In this document: positions 19,929-28,497 of the stretch, one piece after another
Layout of the letters: the number at the start of each line of letters is the position of its first letter
Numbering within the stretch: the stretch's first letter is position 1
Assembly: GCA_934462825.1 (NCBI GenBank)
Contig: CAKSIP010000004.1
Span: 19,710-83,709, forward strand
Length of the DNA: 64,000 nucleotides
Origin: an uncultured Eubacteriales bacterium
Lineage (GTDB): Bacteria > Bacillota > Clostridia > Oscillospirales > CAG-272
Direction of reading: 5' to 3'
Made by a program: the position numbers and the translations under genes
The notes under the pieces: generated by a model
The model's input: the letters and a program-made list of their open reading frames with translations, nothing else
The model's database searches: none
What the model was told of the DNA's origin: nothing

Positions 19929-20009
19929 TAGCCAATCTGCACAATTTTTTAAAAAATGTGACGATTTTGTTCGACAATGTGTTTATTTCGCCATTTTTTT
20001 CATTGACAG

Positions 20010-20867
20010 CTACAGTTTTTCGATCAAATCCGCAATGACTCCGTCACTGCAAGAGCAAAGGCAAAGATCCGCAACTTTTTTGACATCCTCATGGGCATTG
20101 GACGGGCAAACCGCGACATCGGCCGCCATCAACATGGGAAGATCGTTTTCATAATCGCCGCAAGCATAAATTTTCGGCACGCTGCCCCGGAGCGCGTAGT
20201 ACTCCCGCAGGCATGCAATGACGCGTGCTTTGGTGCAACACTTTGTCTGAATTTCAAAATACGTTCCCGAGGATTTGACATATTCATAGCAAGGGCCAAA
20301 CTCCTTTTCGCAAGCCGCACGCAAACGGTCAAGCAAATCAGATTCTCCCCGCACCACGATTTTATACCACTCCTCCCCCGTCCACGTTTCGGGAGGAAGC
20401 CAATAATAGGAGCTTCCGAGAATATCCGGCACAAATTCCTGCTGAATATAAGCATTGGACACCGCCACGCCGATACCGTCCTTCGTGGAAATTCGGATTC
20501 CCAGGGTGGGATCCCAGGTATGCACGAAGCGAGCAACTTGCAAGGCCGTTTCTTTTTTCATATAAACCGGGAGCATGGATTCCTGCTTGCGGAAATCATA
20601 CAGATAGGCGCCATTCACCATTCCTCCCGGCGCGTTGGCAATTTGGGCAGCCATGGGGACAGCATTCAAAATAGTCTGATGATTTCTTCCGCTGGAAAAG
20701 GTGAACCGACCGCCTTCTTTTTCAAAAGCCTCAATCGCGCGAAGATTTCTTTCCACCACGGTTTTCTCAAAAGAAAGAAACGTATTATCCAAATCGCTGA
20801 CGATCAAAATATTTTCATATTTCCCCGCTTTTCCCACTTTTTCCACGTTTTCCGCTTTTTCCACCAC
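20010..20867 (-). CDS. HAD-superfamily Cof-type phosphatase
   Basis: DxDxT motif (VSDLDNTFL) and C-terminal GDYENDLPM motif. GTG start 6 nt after an AGGAG SD. Confidence 0.8.
   Translation of the reverse strand: MVEKAENVEKVGKAGKYENILIVSDLDNTFLSFEKTVVERNLRAIEAFEKEGGRFTFSSGRNHQTILNAVPMAAQIANAPGGMVNGAYLYDFRKQESMLPVYMKKETALQVARFVHTWDPTLGIRISTKDGIGVAVSNAYIQQEFVPDILGSSYYWLPPETWTGEEWYKIVVRGESDLLDRLRAACEKEFGPCYEYVKSSGTYFEIQTKCCTKARVIACLREYYALRGSVPKIYACGDYENDLPMLMAADVAVCPSNAHEDVKKVADLCLCSCSDGVIADLIEKL
20829..20864 (-). repeat. 9-nt tandem array x4 encoding the HAD phosphatase N-terminus
   Basis: Plus-strand units ttttcccac/tttttccac/gttttccgc/tttttccac, which encode VEKAENVEKVGKAGK. Confidence 0.7.
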
Positions 20868-20892
20868 TCAAATCTCCTTTTTTTGGTTTCCG

Positions 20893-21906
20893 TTATCGGC
20901 TCATTTTTCTCAGTTTTTGCAAAAGCCGCTGCATGTTGTCCGGAAGCTCGCACGAAAAATGCATTTCCTCCCGTGTAGACGGATGAATCAAATGAAGCTC
21001 TCCCGCATGCAAGCACTGTCCGTCCATTTCGGCCTGATTATGGCGCCAAAAGGCGGTATTCTCCCCGCCATAAAGCGGATCGCCCAAAATCGGATGGCCG
21101 AGCATAGCCATATGAACCCGAATCTGATGGGTACGTCCCGTTTCCAATTCGCACCGCACAAACGTAAAGCCGGGAAAACGCTCCAGCACTTGGTAATGCG
21201 TAACGGCCGGCTTTGCACTTTGCGCAGGATCGCGCACCACCGCCATTTTTTTTCGGTCGGCAGGGTTCCGTCCGATTGGTGCATTGACCGTCCCTTCCTC
21301 CTCCCGAAGGTTGCCGCAGAGGATGGCGTAATACACGCGGCGAACGGTATGCGTTTTTAGCTGATCGGAAAGGATCGCATGCGCCGCATCGTTTTTGGCC
21401 ACGACCAAAAGTCCGCTGGTATCCTTATCAATTCGATGAACGATGCCGGGGCGAATCACGCCGCCCACACCGGATAATGAGCTGCCGCAATGATACATGA
21501 GTGCATTGGCCAAGGTACCGTTTGGATTGCCGGGCGCCGGATGCACCACCATGCCGGACGGCTTATTCACCACCACAATATCCGCATCCTCGTACACAAT
21601 CGCAAGCGGGATGTTTTCAGGAACGCACTCCCAAACCTCCGGCTCCGGATATTGAAGAAAAATCCGGTCGCCGGATTTTACTTTATATTTTTTTTCTTCG
21701 TTTCGATCATTTACCATGACAAGGCCGTTTTCCAGCAAACGCACCACGGCGGCACGGGAAATCCCCGTCATCGCGGCCACTGCCGCATCCAACCGCTCCC
21801 CGGCCTGCGCTTCCGTCACTGCAAGCAGGGCGTGGTTTTCCAATTCGGCTCCTGCTTTTTCTCTTTCAGCTTCGGTCATGTTTGTCATCGGCGCTTGGGT
21901 TGTCAT
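20893..21906 (-). CDS. rluD: 23S rRNA pseudouridine synthase, RluD family
   Basis: S4 domain and catalytic HRIDKDTSGLLVVAK motif. The start is ambiguous: ATGs at 21906, 21888 and 21879, or the ORF-track TTG at 21987. All of them overlap the lspA 3' end. Confidence 0.85.
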   Translation of the reverse strand: MTTQAPMTNMTEAEREKAGAELENHALLAVTEAQAGERLDAAVAAMTGISRAAVVRLLENGLVMVNDRNEEKKYKVKSGDRIFLQYPEPEVWECVPENIPLAIVYEDADIVVVNKPSGMVVHPAPGNPNGTLANALMYHCGSSLSGVGGVIRPGIVHRIDKDTSGLLVVAKNDAAHAILSDQLKTHTVRRVYYAILCGNLREEEGTVNAPIGRNPADRKKMAVVRDPAQSAKPAVTHYQVLERFPGFTFVRCELETGRTHQIRVHMAMLGHPILGDPLYGGENTAFWRHNQAEMDGQCLHAGELHLIHPSTREEMHFSCELPDNMQRLLQKLRKMSR

Positions 21907-22570
21907 GATTTTTCGTTTCGCCCGTTCTCTCCGAATCGGCCGTTGCGTCTTTTTCGTCTTCGCTTTCACTTTCGCTTTTGCTTTCAACTTCGTTTTTGCC
22001 TTTGCCTTTGCCTTCGTCTTCGCCTTCGCCTTTGCTTTCGTCAGTTACAGGCAAGCACGAAGGTTCGGCGCCGGAGCTTGTAGAAGACGCCACCGCAAGT
22101 TTTTCTTTTTTTGCCTCTTTCACGATAGAAAGAATCAAGTGCAGCATCAAAAGTCCGGCTCCCACGCAGACAAAAGAATCGGCGACATTGAAAATATAGC
22201 TCCAGACCTTCGGAAAAGCGATAAAATCAATAAAGTCCACAACATATCCAAGGAAAATCCTATCCACCATATTGCCGAGGCCGCCGCCTGCAATAAACGC
22301 AATCGCAATGCAAGCCAGCTGACTTTTCGGCCTCCATCGAACCATATACACGATAATGGCGGCCAACGCCAACGTAGACAGCAAGAGGAACACCCAGCGA
22401 TGCTCCGACAGTATGCCGAAAGCGGCGCCTTTATTGGTAACGTAGGTAAACTGAAGCACGTTTTTGAGAACGACAAAAGACTCTTTTCCTTCCAGGCAGA
22501 TAATCGCCAGCCACTTTGTCATTTGATCCAGGTAAATAATTCCGCACACAATGGCGAAAAACATTCCCAT
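21866..22570 (-). CDS. lspA: lipoprotein signal peptidase II with a ~75-aa low-complexity C-terminal extension
   Basis: NKGAAFG and FNVADS catalytic-Asp motifs. Start set at the ATG at 22570 (GGAAAGGAG SD). Tail sequence KGEGEDEGKGKGKNEVESKSESESEDEKD. Confidence 0.85.
   Translation of the reverse strand: MGMFFAIVCGIIYLDQMTKWLAIICLEGKESFVVLKNVLQFTYVTNKGAAFGILSEHRWVFLLLSTLALAAIIVYMVRWRPKSQLACIAIAFIAGGGLGNMVDRIFLGYVVDFIDFIAFPKVWSYIFNVADSFVCVGAGLLMLHLILSIVKEAKKEKLAVASSTSSGAEPSCLPVTDESKGEGEDEGKGKGKNEVESKSESESEDEKDATADSERTGETKNHDNPSADDKHDRS
21961..22040 (-). repeat. hexamer tandem array (YGCYTT on the plus strand) x13 inside the lspA 3' end
   Basis: cgctttcactttcgcttttgctttcaacttcgtttttgcctttgcctttgccttcgtcttcgccttcgcctttgctttcg. 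Confidence 0.85.
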
Positions 22571-22597
22571 ACGTATCTCCTTTCCCTGATTTTCAAA

Positions 22598-22633
22598 CAA
22601 GAAGCTATCGCGCATTTGCGGGACAGCTTCTTG
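22598..22633 (-). other. hairpin between ileS and lspA
   Basis: 9-bp stem CAAGAAGCT/AGCTTCTTG. Followed by TTTGAAAATC on the minus strand. Confidence 0.45.
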
Positions 22634-22648
22634 CAGGTAAAACTATTT

Positions 22649-25495
22649 TCAGTCTTTCAACGAGGATTCGCTCTTGGCACTCTCAACGATAGCGCGGCAT
22701 CTTTCACAAAGGAAGCCTCCCTCCGTTTGAACGCCCTGTTCCGAATAGCTCCAGCAACGGTCGCATTTATGTCCGTCCGCCGGCTCTACCAAAACCGCAA
22801 TGTCGGAATTTTCCGCGCGAAAAGCATTCTCAGGCGCTGCTGCATCGACCACGGTTGCCTTGGAAACGATGTAGACCGTAGAAAGTCCGTCTGCTCCCGT
22901 CAGGGGAAATTGGGACAAGAGGGCAAAAAGCTCCGGGTTTTGGGTGTAAACCGTAACCTTGGCATCCAGCGACTTGCCGATTCTCTTTTCGGCTCTAGCC
23001 ATCTCCAAAGCTTTCATCACATCATCTCTGTGCTCAAACAGCCGATCCCACTTTGTGCGGAGGTCAGCAAAGGTCAGCGCCTCGTCAAAGTCGGGCATTT
23101 CATTGAGGAACACGCTTTCTTTGACGTCGGAGGCCTTATGCGGCATAGTCTGCCATATTTCTTCCGAAGTAAACGCGATGAGCGGCGCCACAAGTCTTGT
23201 CAACGCGCTGAGCACGATATACATGGCCGTCTGTGCCGAGCGGCGTGCCGATCCGTTTTTCTTTTCCACATACAAGCGGTCTTTGGTAATATCAATATAA
23301 AGCTTGGAAAGATCCACGGTGCAGAAGTTATTGATACCATGATAAACCACATGAAATTCATATTCGTTATAGGCACGTCTTACCGTAGCAGCCAAATCGT
23401 TAACTTTGGAGATCACCCATTTATCTATATCGCAGCACGCGTTGACGTCCAGCATATCGGTATCGGGGTTGAAATCGCCCAAGTTGGCCATCAGAATACG
23501 GGCGGTATTCCGAATTTTACGATAGGTTTCGGAAAGCTGACCGAAAATCGTATCCGAAACGCGAACATCCACACGATAATCGCTGGAAGCCACCCACAAG
23601 CGCACGATGTCCGCGCCGTATTTTTTAATCATTTCTTCGGGGGCAATGGAGTTGCCGAGCGATTTGTGCATGGCTTTTCCTTCGCCGTCCACAACCCAAC
23701 CGTGTGTCAAAACCGCTTTATAAGGAGCGCCCTGTCCCTTTGCGCCGACAGCCGTCAGCATGGAGGATTGGAACCAGCCGCGATATTGGTCTGCGCCTTC
23801 AAGGTACAAATCAGCCGGCCACTTGAGCTGCGGATTTCCTTCCAGAACGGCAAAATGAGAGGAGCCGGAATCAAACCAGCCGTCCAATGTATCGGTTTCT
23901 TTGGAAAAATGTTTGCCGCCGCAATGAGGGCAGACGAAAGCATCTCCGAGGATCTCCGAAGCGTCGGTATCAAACCAGGCATTGGAGCCTTTTTCGCCAA
24001 ACAAGCGCGACACCTTTTCAATCGTTTCGTCCGTACAAACGGGTTTATGGCAATCCTCGCAATAGAACACCGGGATCGGAAGTCCCCAATGGCGTTGCCG
24101 CGAAATGCACCAATCGGCGCGTTCACGAATCATCTGCACCATTCTTTCGGCGCCCCATGCAGGAATCCATTGCACAGCATCGCTGGCCTTGGCCGCATCT
24201 TCCTTGAAGGAATCGACCGAGCAGAACCACTGCGGAGTGGCGCGGAAAATGATCGGATGCTTGCAGCGCCAGCAGTGCGGGTAGCTATGCACGACCTCCT
24301 CCGAAGCAAACAAGGCGCCCGATTCTTTCATATCGGCAAGAATCGCCTCATTGGATTCCGCATAATACATACCTGCGTATTTACCGGCATCGGCGGTTTG
24401 ATAGCCGCGATCATCGACCGGCACAATACTCTCTATTTTATATTTACGGCAAGTTTGGTAGTCATCCGCACCAAAGCCGGGAGCGGTATGCACACATCCG
24501 GTACCGCTATCCATCGTAACGTAATCGGCGTTTACAATCACGCTTTCTCTGTCCAAGAACGGATGCATAGCCTTCAAATATTCCAGCTCTTGTCCGAGAA
24601 AATGCTTTACGATCTCATAGGAGGTTACGTTGCCGGCCTTCATTGTGCTCTCGCAAAGGGCCTCTGCCACAATGTAAAACTCCCCGTTATCTGCTTTTAC
24701 AACCACGTAGTCCTCTGTCGGATTGAGCGCGATGGCCAGGTTTCCGGGCAATGTCCATGTAGTGGTTGTCCAAATGATAAAGTAAGTTTTATCAAGGTCG
24801 CACACATCGGACAGTTTTCCCATATCCTCCTTGACCTTGAATTTCACATAAATGGAAGTACATTTATCGTCTTTATATTCAATTTCGGCTTCTGCCAAGG
24901 CGGTTTCGTCATGAGGGCACCAATAAACCGGCTTAAGGCCTTTATAAATATAGCCCTTTTTGAACATTTCCCCAAACACTTTGACTTCGCGGGCTTCAAA
25001 AGAGGGATTCATGGTCAAGTAAGGATGCTGCCAATCACCGCTAACGCCCAAACGGATAAACTGTCCGCGCTGAATATCCACGAAATCGGACGCAAACTTA
25101 TGGCAAGCGTTGCGAAATTCGGGAATCGACATTTTTTTGCGATCCAACTTATTCTTTTTGATAATCGCGCTTTCAATCGGCATTCCGTGGTTATCCCAGC
25201 CGGGAATATACGGAGCGCGGAAGCCCATCATGGTTTTCGATTTATTGATAAAATCTTTGAGGATTTTATTCATGGCGGTTCCCATGTGGATATTTCCATT
25301 GGAAAAGGGAGGGCCGTCATGCAATATGAAAGTCGGTTTGTTTTCGCCCGCCTTCTGCATTTTGCCATACAAGTCGATACTATCCCAATACTTGATAGTT
25401 TCCGGCTCTCTTTGCGGCAGGTTGGCACGCATAGAAAAAGCCGTATTCGGCAGGTTTAGGGTTGAGGTGTAGTCCTTTGACATATCCTTAGCCAT
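22649..25495 (-). CDS. ileS: isoleucine--tRNA ligase
   Basis: Class-I synthetase signature (PPFSNGNIHMGTA, KAMHKSLGN), editing domain, and C-terminal Zn motif CDRCW...CERC. Start at MAKDMSKDY behind an AGGAG SD. Confidence 0.95.
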   Translation of the reverse strand: MAKDMSKDYTSTLNLPNTAFSMRANLPQREPETIKYWDSIDLYGKMQKAGENKPTFILHDGPPFSNGNIHMGTAMNKILKDFINKSKTMMGFRAPYIPGWDNHGMPIESAIIKKNKLDRKKMSIPEFRNACHKFASDFVDIQRGQFIRLGVSGDWQHPYLTMNPSFEAREVKVFGEMFKKGYIYKGLKPVYWCPHDETALAEAEIEYKDDKCTSIYVKFKVKEDMGKLSDVCDLDKTYFIIWTTTTWTLPGNLAIALNPTEDYVVVKADNGEFYIVAEALCESTMKAGNVTSYEIVKHFLGQELEYLKAMHPFLDRESVIVNADYVTMDSGTGCVHTAPGFGADDYQTCRKYKIESIVPVDDRGYQTADAGKYAGMYYAESNEAILADMKESGALFASEEVVHSYPHCWRCKHPIIFRATPQWFCSVDSFKEDAAKASDAVQWIPAWGAERMVQMIRERADWCISRQRHWGLPIPVFYCEDCHKPVCTDETIEKVSRLFGEKGSNAWFDTDASEILGDAFVCPHCGGKHFSKETDTLDGWFDSGSSHFAVLEGNPQLKWPADLYLEGADQYRGWFQSSMLTAVGAKGQGAPYKAVLTHGWVVDGEGKAMHKSLGNSIAPEEMIKKYGADIVRLWVASSDYRVDVRVSDTIFGQLSETYRKIRNTARILMANLGDFNPDTDMLDVNACCDIDKWVISKVNDLAATVRRAYNEYEFHVVYHGINNFCTVDLSKLYIDITKDRLYVEKKNGSARRSAQTAMYIVLSALTRLVAPLIAFTSEEIWQTMPHKASDVKESVFLNEMPDFDEALTFADLRTKWDRLFEHRDDVMKALEMARAEKRIGKSLDAKVTVYTQNPELFALLSQFPLTGADGLSTVYIVSKATVVDAAAPENAFRAENSDIAVLVEPADGHKCDRCWSYSEQGVQTEGGFLCERCRAIVESAKSESSLKD

Positions 25496-25543
25496 CTTGT
25501 TGTTATCTCCTTTAGTCTTAACTAACAATCTTTGCTTGCCCGG

Positions 25544-25819
25544 TCAAAACCACAAGCCGAGCAATGTGCTGAGAATCACCAGCACAATTTGTGTAAAAAA
25601 CAGCGCCATATCAATCGGCAGTGAAGAAAGCGTTTCCGACTTGCTGATGAGCCAACGCATCGGCCCGATCAGCGGCTCCGTCACAGCGTATAAAAATTGA
25701 AGAATCCCGCTTGTCTCATCGAAAAACCACGACAGAATTGCTCGCAAGAGGATCAACCCGATCATCATATCAACGAAAACAAGAAGAATATGGCCAAGCA
25801 CCTGCGACAATGTGTTCAA
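25544..25819 (-). CDS. yggT: YggT-family membrane protein
   Basis: 91-aa protein with two TM helices, in the conserved position after sepF. Confidence 0.75.
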   Translation of the reverse strand: MNTLSQVLGHILLVFVDMMIGLILLRAILSWFFDETSGILQFLYAVTEPLIGPMRWLISKSETLSSLPIDMALFFTQIVLVILSTLLGLWF

Positions 25820-25856
25820 GTTTTCCTCCCAACCAAAACCGCTTTACAAATCTTTG

Positions 25857-25893
25857 GCACCCTGCTCTCGCCGCAAAGCGATGCGCAGGGTGC
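25857..25893 (-). other. hairpin between sepF and yggT
   Basis: 9-bp stem GCACCCTGC/GCAGGGTGC with an inner TCGC/GCGA stem. Confidence 0.4.
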
Positions 25894-25927
25894 TGACAAT
25901 GAAACAACTGCCTTTTGCGGTCGTACT

Positions 25928-26365
25928 TTATCTGTCGGTATCGTCCACGTCGTCAATTCCGCTGATATTTACATTTTTAGGAGCAAAAATCACGGAAGAA
26001 CTGTTCGTCCATTTCACTTTTCCGTCGATGACATAGATAACGCCGCCGAGGTAATCCATCAGACGGATAATATTATCGCGGCTGAGTGCCTCAATATTGA
26101 CGAATACGGCGTTTCCGTTCATCAGGCAACGGGCAATATCCTCGCGGTCATCGTAGCTTTTGGGGGTGATCAGCTTCATTTCAAAAGCCGAGCCTTCATT
26201 CAGCTCCTCCTGCGGCTCCTCGTCATAAACCTCGTCCACGCCGTTATCGTTCATATCATAATCATCATTTACAGCGTCTTCGTCGTCATAGTAGCCGTCA
26301 CCGTAATCTGCATAGTTATCCTCATACTCATTTCTGTCTTTCTTGAGGAATTTAGGAAATTTCAT
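25928..26365 (-). CDS. sepF: cell division protein SepF
   Basis: Acidic disordered linker followed by the conserved C-terminal SepF domain (ITPKSYDDREDIARCLMNGNAVFVNIEAL...RLMDYLGGVIYVIDGKV). Confidence 0.85.
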   Translation of the reverse strand: MKFPKFLKKDRNEYEDNYADYGDGYYDDEDAVNDDYDMNDNGVDEVYDEEPQEELNEGSAFEMKLITPKSYDDREDIARCLMNGNAVFVNIEALSRDNIIRLMDYLGGVIYVIDGKVKWTNSSSVIFAPKNVNISGIDDVDDTDR

Positions 26366-26420
26366 GTTTGCCCCTCCGTTATTTTATGGTGTTTTATATT
26401 TTTTGTTTTTTTATTCCGGC

Positions 26421-27131
26421 TTATTTTGCGTCGCCTTTGTCAAAAAAGCTACGCCCCACGCGCACAACGGTGCTTCCCTCCGCAATGGCTGCCTCAAAGC
26501 TCCCGCTCATCCCCATAGAAAGAACAGGCCTCTCTATATTATGTAACTTTTTCTGCCAAATGTCAAGAACTAATTGTGCAGTTTCGGAAAAATATTTTCG
26601 ATATTCGTCGAAATCCGTGCAAATGGGAGCCATTGTCATGAATCCGCGAAGTTTCAGATGCTTATATGCCGTCAAAGATTGACAAAAAGCTTCGGCTTGT
26701 TCGGGCATCACGCCGCTCTTATTCGCCTCACGTCCACAGTTGATCTCGCACAGCACGTCCATCGTCCGTCCGATTTTGGCGCATTGGCGATCAATTTCCG
26801 CCGCCAGCTTTTCGCTGTCAAGGGAGTGGATCATATCCACTTTATCCGCGATATATTTCACTTTATTGACCTGCAGGGTTCCGATAAAATGAATGCTGAG
26901 GTTTTCACGATCCAGCCGATCATATCTTTCCAGCAGCTGTTGCACACGATTTTCCCCGATAACATTGATGCCGCACTCTTTGTGAAGATAGTTAATTTCA
27001 TCCACATCCGCGTATTTTACTGCGGCAAGCAGGGTAATTTCGGCCGGATCGCGCCCGGACGCCAGCGCGGCCTCGCGGATTTTTGCCCGGATTGCCCGTG
27101 CGTTTTTTGCGATATATTCAAAATTTTCCAT
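26421..27131 (-). CDS. yggS: YggS-family pyridoxal-phosphate homeostasis protein
   Basis: 236 aa. TIM-barrel alanine-racemase N-terminal-like fold with the PLP-Lys context LLAAVKY. Conserved position upstream of sepF. Confidence 0.9.
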   Translation of the reverse strand: MENFEYIAKNARAIRAKIREAALASGRDPAEITLLAAVKYADVDEINYLHKECGINVIGENRVQQLLERYDRLDRENLSIHFIGTLQVNKVKYIADKVDMIHSLDSEKLAAEIDRQCAKIGRTMDVLCEINCGREANKSGVMPEQAEAFCQSLTAYKHLKLRGFMTMAPICTDFDEYRKYFSETAQLVLDIWQKKLHNIERPVLSMGMSGSFEAAIAEGSTVVRVGRSFFDKGDAK

Positions 27132-27134
27132 TTT

Positions 27135-27183
27135 TCATGTTCCCTGTTCTCTGTTTTCTGTTCCCTATTTTCTATCCTCTGTT
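27135..27183 (-). repeat. heptamer tandem array (AACAGRG)x7 in mRNA sense
   Basis: Plus-strand units tcatgtt/ccctgtt/ctctgtt/ttctgtt/ccctatt/ttctatc/ctctgtt. The array fills the 55-nt spacer between the HlyD-like stop and the yggS ATG. Confidence 0.85.
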
Positions 27184-27186
27184 TTG

Positions 27187-28470
27187 TCAGGCAAGCACTT
27201 TACCCTCATACATATTTCTGCAATCGGTAATAATGCTATCATTGACCTCAAGGTAAACGTAAAAATCATCGCTGTTTACGTTTTGGGCAGAAACGACATA
27301 ATAACCGTCTCCCTCATACAGAATCACCGTTTTGCGGAAGCTGGCTTTTCCGTCCTTCAAGATAAACACGCCGGTATTGCCGTTTTGCTCGCACACAGCC
27401 GAGATCGGAATACGAAAGCCTGTCACATCGCGGCTGACGATATTGATTTGCTGCAAGCGCAAGCCCTCAAAATTGTCGCTGACAATGCCACACTGAAACA
27501 CCATCAAAACCTTGGCCTCCGTGTCGTCATAAATCAGCCGATCCAGCGTCATAAGAAAGGTTCGATTTTCGCTATCCGGGAAAGAAACCGTATAGTCGCT
27601 TCCGAGGCGAAAGCTATCCGAAAGGCCCTTCACCGTAGGAATAACAATATACCAACGATAATCCAGCAAAATTTTACCGACCGCTTCTGTCGTTTCCGGC
27701 GCTTGTCCGGTCATATTCCAAAAGCTCTCGTATGTCATATCCTTGATGTTTTCCGAGCTATATATTTTCTCGTATCCGTCGGTATTTCGGAAAAAATACC
27801 CGCCGGCCGACGCCGTAAGGGTTTGATAGTTTCCGGTGTACCGGTTTTCGAGTTCTGCGCGTTGCTTGCGATACGATTGGAGAAGCGCCTTAAGCTTGTC
27901 CTGATCGCCGGCGTAAACTTTCATCTTGTTCAAGAGTGTTAATAACTCATCGGCGCCCGAGGCTACTTTTTCTGCGTCCCCGTTGCTTGTCGCGCGCATC
28001 ATGTCATAATACAGCTGTGAAATCCCGTTTTGCACGTTTTTGGAATCGCCCAGCGTAAAAGTTCCCTTTCCGATACTTTCCTCCAACAGCGCAATGTGGT
28101 GGTCTAACTCATCCATTTTTTTCTGCAACCCCTCATCGCTTTTCACGGAATACACCTTGGCCAAAGTATCGCCGGGATTGATTCTTTCCGCGTTATCCGC
28201 TATGTAAAGGACATCGCCGTGGTAGTCGGAGGGCACCGTCATTTCGTTGCGAAGCATGTACCCCTCAAACGTCATGGATTCTTTTTCGTTCACAATCGTG
28301 GCCGGTTCAATATCAATCAATGTGGTAAATCCATCCGTTGAGTGAAAAACCGTCCAAATGACAAGAGTGAGAAGCAACACGGTTGACAAAATGCCGGGCA
28401 ACCATTTGCGCAACATTTTTTTTTGCTTTTCGTTTAAGCGAAAAAATTCCAATTGTTTCGGCCAGCGCAA
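27187..28470 (-). CDS. HlyD-like (barrel-sandwich/membrane-fusion type) membrane-anchored protein
   Basis: N-terminal TM helix, a lipoyl-like segment (GDVLYIADNAERINPGDTLAKVYS), then a coiled-coil. TTG start 8 nt after an AAGGAGAG SD. Family call is tentative. Confidence 0.5.
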   Translation of the reverse strand: MRWPKQLEFFRLNEKQKKMLRKWLPGILSTVLLLTLVIWTVFHSTDGFTTLIDIEPATIVNEKESMTFEGYMLRNEMTVPSDYHGDVLYIADNAERINPGDTLAKVYSVKSDEGLQKKMDELDHHIALLEESIGKGTFTLGDSKNVQNGISQLYYDMMRATSNGDAEKVASGADELLTLLNKMKVYAGDQDKLKALLQSYRKQRAELENRYTGNYQTLTASAGGYFFRNTDGYEKIYSSENIKDMTYESFWNMTGQAPETTEAVGKILLDYRWYIVIPTVKGLSDSFRLGSDYTVSFPDSENRTFLMTLDRLIYDDTEAKVLMVFQCGIVSDNFEGLRLQQINIVSRDVTGFRIPISAVCEQNGNTGVFILKDGKASFRKTVILYEGDGYYVVSAQNVNSDDFYVYLEVNDSIITDCRNMYEGKVLA

Positions 28471-28497
28471 AATCTCATCTCTCCTTAAATCTTATAT

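Noticed and set aside
21716-25459. 1247-aa plus-strand ORF, the longest in the ORF track.
   Set aside because: It is exactly antisense to ileS, lspA and rluD, all of which carry clear family motifs. Its translation is low-complexity or compositionally odd (FAFTFAFAFNFVFAFAF…, His/Arg/Phe-rich). It has no SD, and its 5' end reads straight through the hexamer repeat. It is an antisense stop-codon-free artefact.
25496-25543. Expected T-box riboswitch upstream of ileS.
   Set aside because: Only 48 nt separate yggT from ileS. That leaves no room for a specifier, T-box or terminator architecture, and no T-box-like sequence was seen.
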